Assembly (NCBI GenBank): GCA_025558095.1
Contig: JAIVFI010000002.1
Coordinates: 186,001-250,000, forward strand
Direction: 5' to 3'
From: Hyaloraphidium curvatum SAG 235-1
Taxonomy: Eukaryota > Fungi > Monoblepharomycota
DNA: 64,000 nucleotides
Position numbers and translations under genes: made by a program. Shown here one piece after another: positions 1 to 12,259 of the stretch (position 1 is the first letter of the stretch; every line of letters begins with the position of its first letter). The notes beneath the pieces were generated by a model. The model saw only the letters and a program-made list of their open reading frames with translations, was not told the origin of the DNA and did no database searches.

Positions 1-135
1 TCCAGTGGAACTTCAGAATTTCTAGTTGAGAGGTCTAGCCACGCGCAGTCCAAATCCTGCTGATTGCGCGCAGCCGTTGACGCCAGGAAATCATCAGATA
101 GAATAGCTAACGAAGCAGAAGAGACATAGATGTGC

Positions 136-2422
136 TCAGTCCTTGATCGGCGCCGTCCTCGGCCCCCGTTTCCGGTCTCCGTCCTGCGCAACCTCCCTCA
201 ACGGCGCTGTCTGAGGCGCTGCGAACCTATCCTTCTCCGCCTTTTCCATCCCCAGCATAGACAGGCCAACCATGCTCTTGCCCTGCCTGCCGCCACCTGA
301 TCGGCCGGGGATGTGGACTGCCGATGCAGAGCCCGCCGTCGGGCCGCGGCCCGTCTGGAAACGCTGCAGGCGTAAGCGATAGAGGATCTCGTCGATGGCG
401 AGCTCGATTGCGAGCCTGTTGCGGATGAGCGGAATCTCTGAACCGGTGAGGAAACACCGGTTATAAGGTTGCAGGGCGCCGACCGAAACAAACCCACTGT
501 CTCGCGTCGCCTTGGCACCTCGAGCGACATAGTCCAGCGCGTCCTCCGGGCTGGGGTTGACTATGAGCTTGAAGTAGTCCGAGATGCCGGCCTCGGGCAC
601 GATCGTCACGTCCCCGGTGTAGCGTTGCTTCAGGAGCCCAATCGTGCGGGTCATGAGTCTCGGCCACACGCCCAGGTCAGCCAGCTGCCCCAGGCGATGA
701 GACAGCTCGTTCTGCATCAGGTCTGCGATAGGAGAAAGGAGACGAGTCGAGAGCGGGGGGACCAGGTCGCCAGAGACGAAGGGTATCACGTGCGGATTGA
801 CCTGGGACACGAGAAAGTGGTTAACGGAGAAGAGTTCGGATATCCGCGCCATCGGCAGGTCGCTGTATAAGAAGGGAGGGTCAGACACGCCCTGGCAAAG
901 CGACGCAAATGAAGCATACTTTTCGACGGAACCGTCGATCCAGCGATGGCCAGTTGGGTTCCACGGCACGGTCTTGCCGGCCTTGTCCTTGGCCAGCAAA
1001 GGCGCCGAGTTGTACACAAGCGGAAGTGCGCAGGATGCGGCAACAGCCGACCAGATGATAACATTCGGAGCTGGAAACCCAGATGAGGCGACAGGCCAAC
1101 GCAATGCCCCGTGCGCACCAACAAGTAAGGTAGTTCAGCACGCGCGGCATTTCGAATGACGAGCCCGGGCTGACTGTGATGTTGAGAATACGCCGAGTCT
1201 TGTTGAATGCCTCTTGGAACGTCAGCTCGCCGATGTTGTCTCTCAGGCTCTGCAGAAGCACTTCGACATCATACAGCACGCCCTCGGTCGCCATCCTGTG
1301 GAATATTGTGGAAAGCTTCTCGCCGGGTCGCGTGAATGTTTGCAGATTGAGGTTGCGAGGGTCAAAGATCGCCGGAAGCTCAGAATCTGTCCGAGTGCAA
1401 ATGACAGCGGCGATGATGCTCCCCACGCTCGCCCCGCTGATGACGCGCGGCAGCAGCTTCTCCTCAAAAAGCGTCCTGATGACACCGATGTGCATAATGC
1501 CAAGAGTTGCGCCTCCGGAAAGAAGAAGGGCCGTGCGGCCGAAGGACCTCTGAAGCGAAAGGAAGAACGAGTGTTTTGCGGAAACGGGGAGGGCGGAAAG
1601 GGTGGTCGGGGTGGAAGCCGCAGCGTTCGGATTCGACCATTCGGCATCGGCGACATAGTTGAGATTCGTGACGACCTCGGCGATGTAATCCTTGAAGACA
1701 ACGGTGCATTAGCCTCCCATTAGGCCAGTTTGCCAATATCTCACCCCAATGAGCTTCATGGGGCCCGGATTGGGCCTCCCGTATAGCTGCGGCGTCATCA
1801 TGCCGCCCAGATCCCGGTGGAGCCCGGTCCGCATGAGGAAGACGCAGAGGTCGAGGTCGCCTTCCAACCGCGCCGTCTGGAGCTGCTCCAGACGATCCTG
1901 CACGAGCTCCCAGTCATACAAATCGCTTCTCGGATCCAGCCCGTCCGGAAAAGAAGTGGAAGCCGAAGACGCCCAAGCGTTCGAGAGGAGCCTATGGCGC
2001 GACGGAGGTTCCTCCGCGAACTTGATGTGCCTCTCTGCCGGCGCAGACTCTTCCGCATCCCGCAGCGGCACCTCCTGGTCCACATGTGTCGTATCCAAGG
2101 TGGGCAGTTTTCCCCTCCGACGGGTGCCTCCCCGCTTGAGGGCCCCTCCGTTCAACAGAGCGGCCTCGTCCGACTGAGTCCGTGTCCGAGCCCGTCGCGA
2201 CGACGATCCTCCCCCGCCCGACCCATCTAGCGGCACATAGTCGCTCTGCTCCGTCCCTTGTTCCCCAGAGCTCCGCGCCTCCGTGTTTGACGGAGCTGCT
2301 GTCTCCGAGTCAGACGCGTCGCCGCCATCCTCGTCCTCGTGAGCGGCCGAAACGGAGCCAGACCCGTCGCTCCCGGCGGGCTCATGATGCAGGGGCTCCC
2401 GAAGCAATTGAGATGCGGACAT
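136..2422 (-). CDS. Patatin-like triacylglycerol lipase (Tgl3/4/5 / SDP1 family), multi-exon
   Basis: Spliced ORFs give the DUF3336-like segment YDWELVQDRLEQL..MRTGLHRDLGG, the oxyanion loop FGRTALLLSGGATLG, the nucleophile GASVG, IWSAVAASCA, WIDGSVE and NHFLVSQVNPH. ORF breaks fit GT-AG introns. Confidence 0.93.
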
Positions 2423-2539
2423 TTCCGGCTCCAGTGGCCATGCGCGGTAAGCACGACCGTGGTTGGGAAGCTCCGCCGGCGGACCAAGCCGCAACCCGCC
2501 AAAACGGAAAGCTCATTGAAGCATCATTCCATTACATCA

Positions 2540-3618
2540 TCAAGTAAGCATTGCGAAGTATTCGCCCAGGCCTACAGACTGAACCCCAAGGAAGTCCCGT
2601 ATCAGCTCGCACACCTCGCGCTCCTTGTCCAGCATCATGTTGTGCGAGGCGTCCGGCAGCACGTAGGGCCCTTCCACGCCACGGCACTTGCCGGCCTCCA
2701 ACTTCTCCACCACCCTCGCCGCGTTCGCAGGCGTCGTGACGCCGTCTTCCCCGCCGGCGACAACCAGGACCGGCGGCTGAATGCAGGACAGCGCCTCCCC
2801 CGCGCCGCTGAGGTCCACGCCGGCCATCATCCGCTTGACGACCGGCGTCCGGCTCATCTCGTTGAAGGCCCACTGTTTCCGCTTCACGGCCTCGCTGGCC
2901 TTCGAGGAAACGTAGCGCTTCACCGAGGCCGATTCCGCGCCGCCCGGTCGCTCCAAAGTGTTCCGCCAAGCCTCGATGAGCCACTCGGGTGCAAGCTTCA
3001 CCATCCGGTTCAGCTTCTCGTAGGTAGATTTGGGCACGTCCGGGTTCCCGGCGCCCAGCAGAACAACCGCGCGGGGCTGGTGATCCAGCAGCGTGCAGGC
3101 AACCGGCACCAGAGCTGAACCGTAACTGTGACCAACAAGGACAAAGGGAGGGGAAGGAGGGAGTGTGGAAATCACCGTCAGGAGGTCCTGCAGGAGTGAA
3201 GAGGTCGTGTAGGCGTGGAAGCTGCCTCAACGCGTCAATGCAGGTGCCAGCGACGATTGCAGAGGCCGTCTCACTCTTCAACCATCTCAGACTGCCCGTG
3301 CCCCACCCAATCATAAGCGAGGATGTTTGCTGCGCGGCTGAAGAAGTCGATTTGGCCCTGGAACTGTGCAGCGCAACCGCCGAGGCCGTGGACGAAGACG
3401 ACCCATGGGACGCGATCCCCCTTTGGATGCCGGATCCTGATCACGCGCAGCCTTTTGCCGCGGATTTCCTCCAGCTGGGAGTTCTTCTTGAGCAGGTCGG
3501 CCTCCTCGAACGCGGGGACCGAGGACGCGGCGGGGGGCGCGCTGATCCAGCGGAGGGCAAAGAATCCCGTCGCCGACAGCGCGACGAACGCGATCGCCAG
3601 CCCAGTCAACCAATGCAT
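2540..3618 (-). CDS. Alpha/beta hydrolase with N-terminal membrane anchor, multi-exon
   Basis: VFVHGLGG, YDWVGHGQS, nucleophile GHSYG, GGEDGVT and DASHNMML. Hydrophobic N-terminus MHWLTGLAIAFVAL. Confidence 0.9.
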
Positions 3619-3758
3619 GGCTGAATACGCGCAGGAACCCCGTCCGCGGTTGTTTACCGCGGGCGTCTGTATCTTGATCACGATGCTGCCACGAGCTCAG
3701 CAATCTAGATGACCGAAAACACGGATCGCGGCCTCTGGGGGAATCATTCTCGGGCGCG

Positions 3759-5050
3759 ATGATCCTCTCCTTCCTCCTCTCCGCCCTCGTGCTGTGCGCG
3801 GCGGGATGCGGCGCCTCGCGGCCCCCGTTCCGCTCTTCCTGGACCGGAGGCACTTCCTCCCGGAACGCCTCTTCCGCCGGCGCCGTCCGCCTCGGTTTCC
3901 ACATATCCTACGAATCCACAACGCCCGCGACCTTTGCCAGGCACTTTCTGCCCCCCGGAATGGCTCCAGCGGTGTTTGGCGATTTCATGCCTATCGGGAG
4001 CAGCTTCGACGCACAGTACTTTGTCAAGAAGGCCAAAATGGTGGCCGAGGTGGCTCCCTTCGTGTGGAACGGAACGGCACACGAGAGGATGGTATACTCG
4101 GTGGCGATTGAGCCGACAGAGGGGCTGGAAGCCGTCACCGACGCGTCATTGCGCGCCCTCACCGGTGCCGTCGTCGACGCCGAGGAAGCAGGCGTGCAGG
4201 TCGTCATCCGCTACGGCCACGAGATGAGCGGGGGCTGGGTACGTCGCTTGCCTGCGAGATCCATTGGAAAGAACGCGCCCTGACTTTGCATCCGCAGTAC
4301 GTGTGGGGCAAGAAACCAAAGGAGTACGTGGCCTCGTACCGCCGCGTCGCCTCCGCGATCCGCGCCGCCTCCCCCCGCACGCTGCTCCTGTGGTCCCCCG
4401 GGTCGGATAACTGCACCTGGTACGGCCCCAACAAGACCACGGCGGATCCGTGGGGGGAGTACTGGCCCGGCGAGGACGTGGTGGACCTGGTCGGGCTCTC
4501 GCTCTACTTTTTCGGGAAGAACTGGCCCAAACCTGGCAACGAGATGCCGGACGGCGACGATTTCCAGCGCTGGGTTTCCGGGGAACCTTCCTGCGGCAAC
4601 CCGAACTTTGACTTTTACTCGCGCTTCGCGGCGCGGTACGGCAAGCCGTTCGTGGTGTCCGAGACGGCCGCCGCCTTCAGGCTTCCCTTGAGCCAGAGCA
4701 GCAGGACGACGCGGGCGTCGACGACCACCTCTGCTGCGCCGACGCCGGCCTGGACGCCCGTGCCGGCCGAGTCGGAGCTGGCGATGAAGTCGGCGTGGTG
4801 GCGGCAGGTCTACTCCCCCGCCACGCTGCTCCGCTATCCGCTGCTGTGGGGTATCGTCTGGTTCGAGCACCTGAAGTACGAACTGGAGGAGTGGCGCGAC
4901 TTCAGGAGCGTCACGCACGGGGCGCTGGTTCGCGAGACGGTCGGAGAGTGGGACGAGGCGACGCTGGCGACGCTGGGGACCAGCGAGGTCGCCAAGCGGT
5001 TCCGCGAGGAAGTGTTGGGCTGGAATGCCCTGGTTTTCGGGGCTCCTTGA
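3759..5050 (+). CDS. Secreted glycoside hydrolase family 26 (mannanase-like)
   Basis: Signal peptide, IRYGHEMSGGW (acid/base), YWPGEDVVDLVGLSLY and KPFVVSET (nucleophile). GT-AG intron 4239-4297. Confidence 0.88.
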
Positions 5051-5125
5051 ACGGCCGGACCAGGAGACGGTATATCGAATGTCATTCTGTATCTTTCCGT
5101 TGCTCTAGACCATGGTAGACAGGAT

Positions 5126-6049
5126 CTAAGGCGCCCCGTTCGCCGTTCCAGCTCCCGATGAGCACTCGCGGTCGATGATCTCGAGGAACCTCTCCGCCAT
5201 TTTCCTCCCCCCATCCTCGCTCGGCTCCACCCGCGCTATGTAGTCCCCGCTCTCCGGTTTCGGGTCCAGCACCTCGAACAGCGGGCACGGGGCCACCTTG
5301 CTGCCTTCCACGCGGACTGAGCAAGTGCCGAGCTCGTACACCTTGCGGATCAGCTTCTGCAGCTTGGACGGGTTGGAGTTGTACTGCAGGAGGGAGAGGG
5401 TGGTGTCGGCCCACGATCCCCCTGGCTTTTCGTGCGGGAAGTAGATCATGCAGGGTATCACAAGTCTCGGCTTGGTCTTTTCGCAGATGGCACCGACGTA
5501 CCGCGCAACCTGCGGACCGAACATGTCCACGAAATGGCCCAGCCCCACCGCGCTCCCGCTGTCGATGGCTTTGTCGGACGCGAGCGCCATGAGCGCGCCC
5601 ATGGACGCCATTGTCGTTAGGGACGGCCGCAGCGCAATGTCGTTGCCGCCCACGCTGACCACCAGCACGTCCTCGGGCCCCATGTGGTCGCGCACGAAAG
5701 CGTCCTGCTCGCGCAGCCCGCCGGAGCGGCTGGCGAGGGTGCTCTCCTCCACCGCGCAGTTGACGGCGACAAAGTCCAGCTTTCGCTGCGCGCAGAGGTC
5801 GTTGAGCTGGTGCGCAACGTCCGGGCGCGAGCGGGGAGGATCGAGCGCGGCCTCGTAGCCGTTGGCGGCAGGGCGCCAGGCGGACGCGGGGAACCAGAAT
5901 TTGGAGTCCAGGCTCGAGTCGCCGGCCAGCCAGATCCGAGGCTTGGGCGGGAGCAGGGGGAGCAGCGCGGCCAGGTGCTTGATCGTGTGGCCATGGTACT
6001 CGGAGAAGAACGCCTTCGAGTCGACTACTTTCGCCTCCTTGCCGGCCAT
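5126..6049 (-). CDS. SGNH/GDSL-like hydrolase-fold protein
   Basis: Block I WLAGDSSLD and block III VSVGGND. Block V reads RVEPS in place of DxxH. Start taken at MAGKEAK within the longer ORF. Confidence 0.7.
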   Translation of the reverse strand: MAGKEAKVVDSKAFFSEYHGHTIKHLAALLPLLPPKPRIWLAGDSSLDSKFWFPASAWRPAANGYEAALDPPRSRPDVAHQLNDLCAQRKLDFVAVNCAVEESTLASRSGGLREQDAFVRDHMGPEDVLVVSVGGNDIALRPSLTTMASMGALMALASDKAIDSGSAVGLGHFVDMFGPQVARYVGAICEKTKPRLVIPCMIYFPHEKPGGSWADTTLSLLQYNSNPSKLQKLIRKVYELGTCSVRVEGSKVAPCPLFEVLDPKPESGDYIARVEPSEDGGRKMAERFLEIIDRECSSGAGTANGAP

Positions 6050-6342
6050 TTCGGGTCCTCTGGTGGTTGCTGCGGGGAGCAGCGCGTCGCGGAGCGAGTT
6101 TCGGGCGGCAAGCGCGGCGGGGCGAAGCGGCATGCAGCGCGTGCGAGGCCGCAATGTGCTGCCCGGTCGGTCGAGAGTCTGCCGTCCGAACGGACCAGCA
6201 GTCCACGTCAGCCCGAGCACAGCAGCCGGCTCAGCGCAACCGCGTGAGCTGGCGGCCCTGAGAGGTTCCAGAAGGGCCGGGCGCGCTCGCGTGAGCTTCC
6301 GTTCCGCAGATACGGCCGTCTCTCGTCCCGGCGACCCTTGAG

Positions 6343-7977
6343 ATGGCGCCTCTACCGGCTGCGGTGCCGACGGGTGCCGCGGCACGTACCGCCCCGCCGT
6401 TTCCCGCCCCGTCGCCGCTGCCGTCCTTCTGGCTCGCGTCACTGTCTCCCGCGGACCTCGCGCCGGTCTCGCCGTCGCTGCCGCCGCGGGCCGACTTTGT
6501 CGTGATCGGCGGTGGCCTGACCGGCGCATCGGCCGCGTACCATCTGGCAAAGGCGCTGCGCGAGGCCGGGGACGCGCGGACGGTGGCGCTGGTCGAGGCG
6601 CGCGAGCTGTCCGGGGGCGCGACGGGCAGGAACGGGGGCATCTGCGTCGCCGGCAAGGTGATTCGAGCATTGGCAATGGCGGCTTTGACGCGCCGGGCTC
6701 ATTAGTTGGCCAGGAATACTCGTGGAAGATCGCTGGCGACCTCGCGCAGGGCAAGAAGCTCGACACGGAGCACCTGCGCGTCAAGACGTCGTGGGAGCTC
6801 GCCAACGCGCGCGTGCTGGCCGAGTTCCACGACGGTTTCCGGAAGAGGAACCCGGGCTGCCCCGTGTTCTTCGAGCGGTGGCCCGAGGGCTGCATCGAGC
6901 TTTGGACCACGGACGAGGAGGCCAAGAGCGGGAAGGAGGTGCACGAGCTCATGGAAAAGGCCGGCCTGCGAACTGGGGACGACGGGGAACCTCGGTGGGA
7001 GGTATGGAGCGCCGAGCACGCGGAGAACAAGACGGGGGTCAAGGGCGTGAAGGGCGCCGTAGTTTACAAGACGGCCTTCCGGGCCTGGGGAGCAAAGGTG
7101 ATCCTCGTAGACTCACGTGAGCCGTGAAGCGGAACTCACACAGCGTCTTCTGTGGATCATAGTATGTCAACGCCGTCGCCAGCGGGGCCGCCGCCCTCGG
7201 TGCCTCCATCCACACGCACACCTTGGTCCGCAGCGTGGCCCGTTCTCCGGCCGGACCGGACCTTTGGACCATAGAGACCGACAAGGGCAATCTGACGACG
7301 AACCACGGTACGTTGAGCTTTCAATTCTCCCCCTGACTCGCCTTGCTCACCACCGCCCAATCCAGTCATATTCGCGACCAACGGCTACACCCGCTCGCTC
7401 CTCCCCTGGATCCCCGTCACCCCTCTGCGCGGCCAGATCCTGCTCACCAAGCCCCTCGCCGCTCCCCTGCCCTTCGACGCCGAGATTTCGATCAACTACG
7501 GCTGGCTGTACGGCGGCACCCGCGCCGACGGCCGCTTCTGCGTCGGCGGGCGGCGCGACGTGCTCGAGGGCAACGGCCACCTGCTGCACGAGGACTCGGT
7601 GCTCGACGGGGTGGTGTCCGAGGCGCTGGCAAAGGACGTGGACGCGTTCGGGGTGAAGTGGGAGAAGGAGGCCGAGTGGACGGGGATTCAGGGGTGGACG
7701 CCGGAGAGGTACCCCGTCATCGGGCCGGTGCCTGGCGAGGATTGGGGTTTCGGCGGGGAAGGAGGTGGGAGGTGGATCGCTGCGGGTTTCTGTGGCCACG
7801 GGATGGTGGGTTCGATCCCCCGTGCCTTTAGCGCTAGCTAACAGCCCGCATCAGCCCCAAGTGTTCCTCGCGGGACGGTGCGTCGCCAACCTGGCCTTGG
7901 GAAAGGGCTACGACGATATCGTGCCCGAGTACATGAGGAGCGAGGGCAGGGTCGAGGCTTGGAAGCAGCTGGGTTAA
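6343..7977 (+). CDS. FAD-dependent oxidoreductase (DAO/PuuB-like), multi-exon
   Basis: VVIGGGLTGASAAYHL, VEARELSGGATGRNGG, WTGIQGWTPERYPVIG and AAGFCGHGM. Several short introns separate the ORF pieces. Confidence 0.9.
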
Positions 7978-8052
7978 AATTCCGTGTCTATAGGGTATCT
8001 AGTCTCTCGTGTGTTCTTTCTTGTCTTGTGTCTATCCGGCATCCGTCTTCCG

Positions 8053-9569
8053 TCACGCGTCCTTGCCCAGAAGCCACAGAATCACCCCCACGCAGACCGT
8101 CATCGTCACGGCCGAAACCAGGTACTGCACCGCAGCCAGCGCCGCCGCGGCACCCGCCTCTCCCGTTGGCGAAACCAGCTGGCTCATAGCCACCACCAGG
8201 TTCGCCATGGCACGCACGAGTCGAAGAGCAGGATGAACCGCAGCATCGTGTTCCCCGCGGGTATCCACGGCCCCGTGAGGGCCTGCACGATCGGTATCGC
8301 GACGGCGGGCATAATGACGAGCTTGGCGATGGTGGTGGGCAGGATGCCGCGGAGGAAGGGGAAGCCGCCGCGGATCTTGACGGTGCCGAGGGCCGCGCCG
8401 AGGTTGAGCAGGGAAATGGGGACGCTGGCGGAGCCAACAAAGGCGAGGATGTCCCAGAACCAGCCGAGGGGAGTGCAGTCGGTCGGGTTGGTGCCGCAGG
8501 CGGGATTGATGAACAAGATTTTCAAGGCGGGAACGGCGCCGGCCAGCAAGCCCGCCCCGCAGGCGAGAAGATTGAGGAAAGGGAAGGCAGGAGGGAAGAT
8601 CTGCCGATAAAGACGGCGTGTCCGCAACACGAAGCGTCGCCAGGCAGACATTTGAGATTCGTGAACTGGCTCGTCGATCATCGGCACCGTCGATGAGAAG
8701 GTGTTTGCGGTCGCCATGGTTTTGCCCATGTCCGCATCCTTGGACTCCGATACCGCAGGAACAATGGCGCGCGAACTACGCCGCCGGGTCAGCGGCAACG
8801 CAACGGGCACGACCATGGCCGTTCCGTTCCCTGTACGCTGATCCACGTCCGCGAGCTCCGTCTCGTTCGACGCCTCGGATCCACTCGACGCTTCCGTGTC
8901 CACAGCCTGCACGATGTCGGCAATCTCCGTGGCCCGCCGCGCTTCCTCGTCGGCAGCAAGCTTCTTCATGGTCTCCGTCAGCTCGTAATCCCGCACCACC
9001 AGGTTCATCCCGATGACAAATATGAGCACCGAGTAGACAGTCAAGTAGCCCGAGACGTAGCCCACGGCCGCGGCCGAATCGCCCGGGTGGAAGGGCGGCC
9101 GGTCCCCTAGGCTCGTTCCCAGGGCAATCGGAAAGTCCCCCGTGTTGGTGAAGGCCATCGACGCCACCAGAGTGTACCGGAAGCCCTTCGGCGAGTTGAA
9201 TATCTTGACCACGGCCACTCCGAACAGGGCCCCGAGTATGACGTAGAAGAAGGCCCCGAAGACCAAGTACGGCAGCGCGGAAATGTTCTCCGAGTTGATC
9301 CCCAGAACTGTTCTACTGAATATTAGGCTCGGGAAGAGGACATTGATGTAGACGTAGGCAATCGCCTTGCTCTCGCGAGGTCCAATGATTCCGCGCCTCG
9401 CCACGAGGTAACCAAGTCCCATGGTCCAGAAGATCCGGATGATCGGCTTGACCGAGCTCCAGATTATGGCGCGGAATCCGTCGTCGTTGCCACCACTCGG
9501 GCCTTAGGATTTTCGGAGGGCGGTCCGGGTTCTAGAGTGCGACTACGAAATTCCCTCCGCAGTCGACAT
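8053..9569 (-). CDS. Auxin efflux carrier (AEC/PILS/Ecm3-like) membrane transporter with an apparent frameshift near the 3' end
   Basis: IWSSVKPIIRIF, LFPSLIFS, FTNTGDFPIAL, FVGSASVPISLLNLGAAL and KLVIMP. The last helices (MANLVVAMSQ..QYL) continue in another frame from about 8209. The 5' exon (ATG 9569) is tentative. Confidence 0.85.
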
Positions 9570-9720
9570 CCTTGAAACACTCCCCGAGCCCTTGCCGTTC
9601 CAGGAGGGGTCCAGATTGCCTTTACGGAGGCCCATCGGACGTTTGCGGTTCGACTGAGCGCGGGACAGCCCTCCATTTGGCGCCGCGGCACCGGCGCGGT
9701 CGCGTCCCCGTCGAGTCACG

Positions 9721-10830
9721 ATGCGCGGGCGGCTGCGCGTCCCCATCGCCGCCACGCTCGCTTTGCTGGCGCTAGTACTTTTCTCGCGGCCGGCGCGCGC
9801 CGATGACCCGCCGAAGCAGGCCGCCCCCCCCGCTGCCAAGCGGCAGCAGGCCCACGCCCACGCGCACCGGCACATCCCCTTCGAGTTCGGCGACGAGCTC
9901 CGAATCGAGTGTGTGACCCCGGACGCGAACGGCACCGTGTACGTCGACCAGTTCGGCGAGCTCATCTACGGGCCGGGGCCGATTTGCGCCGAGACGGGCG
10001 AGACCTGGACGTTCCAATACGGCTACGACACCAACTTGGTGTGCCGATGGCTCATCGACTCGACCCTGTATCAGTTCCTGAAGATGATCATTCAGGGACA
10101 GGCGGTATACCGGTGTCGGCTGAAGATGAGCAAGGTGGGCCCGTCTGCAACTCGCAATGGCTTCGGTGGCTGATCGCGCGCTGCCGACCTCAGGAGGGCA
10201 GCATTTACATGCCGTACCCGTTGTCCATCTGGGGGGGCGTGGAACCGTCCCACATTCACGTGATGAACCATTTTTCCTTCAACTTCCACGCGGCGGAGGG
10301 TTTCCTGGTCGGGGCCGCGGCGTATCCCCTGCGAGATCACTTCCAGCTGCTGGAGCCGGGTTCCATGCTGACAATTCATGGGCCTGTGAGGTACGTTGCA
10401 GCTGGTTTTCTTGTTGGCCGCCCGAAATCACACTAACGACCATACCAGGTGGTTCGCGGGACACTCATACGAGCCTCTCCAGCCCCCGCCCAAACCCGCG
10501 GTGATGAAGCCCGCAGCCCCTGCTCCGGCCGCGGCGCAGAACGCACCGCCCGCCCAGCAACCCGTGGCAGGCCAACCCGCGGCGACTACGACCACCGCGT
10601 CGGTCACGGAGGCCAAGGCCAGCTTCACCCCCGCCATCCCCCTCAGCCCCATTCCGAACAAGAACGAACTTTCTGCGCGGGCCTGCGTCAAAGGCTACGG
10701 ATACTACGAGCCCTACATTGTGACCCTTTACTGCTTCATGTCCTCCGTGGCGACCGCGGGGATCTGCTACCTCGTCTACGTGTCCTTCATCAAGGCGGAG
10801 GCGATCGGAGGAGGGAGGAAGAACAAGTAA
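9721..10830 (+). CDS. Hypothetical type I membrane protein, multi-exon
   Basis: Signal peptide, Cys-containing ectodomain across three exons, and a C-terminal TM segment (IVTLYCFMSSVATAGICYLVYVSFI) with a basic tail. Confidence 0.75.
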
Positions 10831-11105
10831 TGGGCTTTCTTGCCTGCGGGAGTGATCGGATCCGGGCTGCAAGGCACGGCTCGGGCGGCGTCTGCTGGGG
10901 AGGCGAGCCATGGGCGAGGTCTCGCTCGATATGTAATTCTCTTGGAGAAAAGAGATTCCTACAACTGTTCTCGTTGCTCCACCACCATGGACTTGACTCG
11001 GTTGACGACATTCAGCCCTCCGTTGCCGCCACCTACGTTTCAAGCTCGCTCTCTCGGCGCGACTCAACAACAAGCCCACCTCCCACGAGAACGAGGACGA
11101 ACAGC

Positions 11106-12243
11106 ATGGAGAACAAACTGAAAGCAAAGCTGAAGGCTGGACAGGTTGTTGAAGGCTGCTGGATCAACATCCGTAGGTGTTCCGGGAACGCGTCAAACTG
11201 TCTCCCCCACCCTCACGTCGCGAATCTCATCCAAACGCTCTCGCCCGCTCGTTCTGGATCGCGTGTTTGGCCAATAACTGCCATGGACCTCAGCCTCTCC
11301 CGCTGTGGCACGCCTCGCTGCCTCCACGTACGTGGGATCGCTCCCACTTGCTTCAACGCCTCCTCACGCGTCTCGCCAGCGGCCTCTACGACTGGTGCCT
11401 GGTCGACGGCGAGCACATGCCCCTAGACCCCGTGACGATGATGGAGATGATCCACGCGATCGCCTCGGCGGGCAGCACACCGCTCGTCCGGATCCCGAAC
11501 CACGGCGTCGAATGGGTCAAGTGGGCTCTCGACGCCGGGGCGCAGGGGATCATGATTCCCATGGTACGGACGGCTGCCCGGGTTCGCGTGCCTATGGGAC
11601 CTTCCTGACGGATCTGAGCAGGTAAACACCAAGGAGCAGATGGAGACGATCATCAAGTACTCGAAGTACCCGCCCATGGGGCAGCGTTCCTACGGACCGA
11701 CGTGGAGGTGAAATCGGCAATGATGCGGAAGCTGCGGGTCTTGCCTCTGACCCCTTTCCTTTTCGTTTCAGCAAGTTTGGATGGAACTCGTCCGGACCGG
11801 CCGGCTACTCGGGCACCGCGGGCTACAAGGACACGGCAAACAAGGAGGTGCTGATCATGCCTCAGATTGTGGGTCGTCATGCTGCGTACTCAACTCCGCC
11901 AATTGCTGACGGCGCGGTTCAGGAATCAAAAGAAGCTGTCGACAACGTCGACGCCATCCTGTCCGTCCCCGGCGTCGACCTCGCCTTCGTCGGCCCCTTC
12001 GACCTCCACCTTTCCCTGGGCCACTTTCCCGGACCCGAGGACCCGCCGGCCGTCACCGAAGCCCTGAACAAGGTCCTCGCTTCGTGCAAGAAGCATGGCG
12101 TCGCGCCGGGGATTTTCACGGGGGGCGGCGCGCAGGCCAAGAAGAGGGCGGAGCAGGGCTTCCTGTTTGTGAACCCCGGGGATACCGTTGCTGCCCTGTC
12201 GGCGGGCATGGCGGCGTCGTCCGCGGCGTACAAGGGCAAGTAG
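11106..12243 (+). CDS. HpcH/HpaI class II aldolase family protein, multi-exon
   Basis: YDWCLVDGEH, PLVRIP, KWALDAGAQGIMIPMV, KYPPMGQRS and GVDLAFVGPFDLHLSLG. Confidence 0.92.
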
Positions 12244-12259
12244 TCACCGGAATTGCTGT

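Noticed and set aside
11106-12243. HpcH aldolase and GH26 as members of the glycan cluster
   Set aside because: Both are intron-containing genes of families common in fungi, and they are separated from the wec and GT genes by unrelated genes. There is no evidence of linkage.
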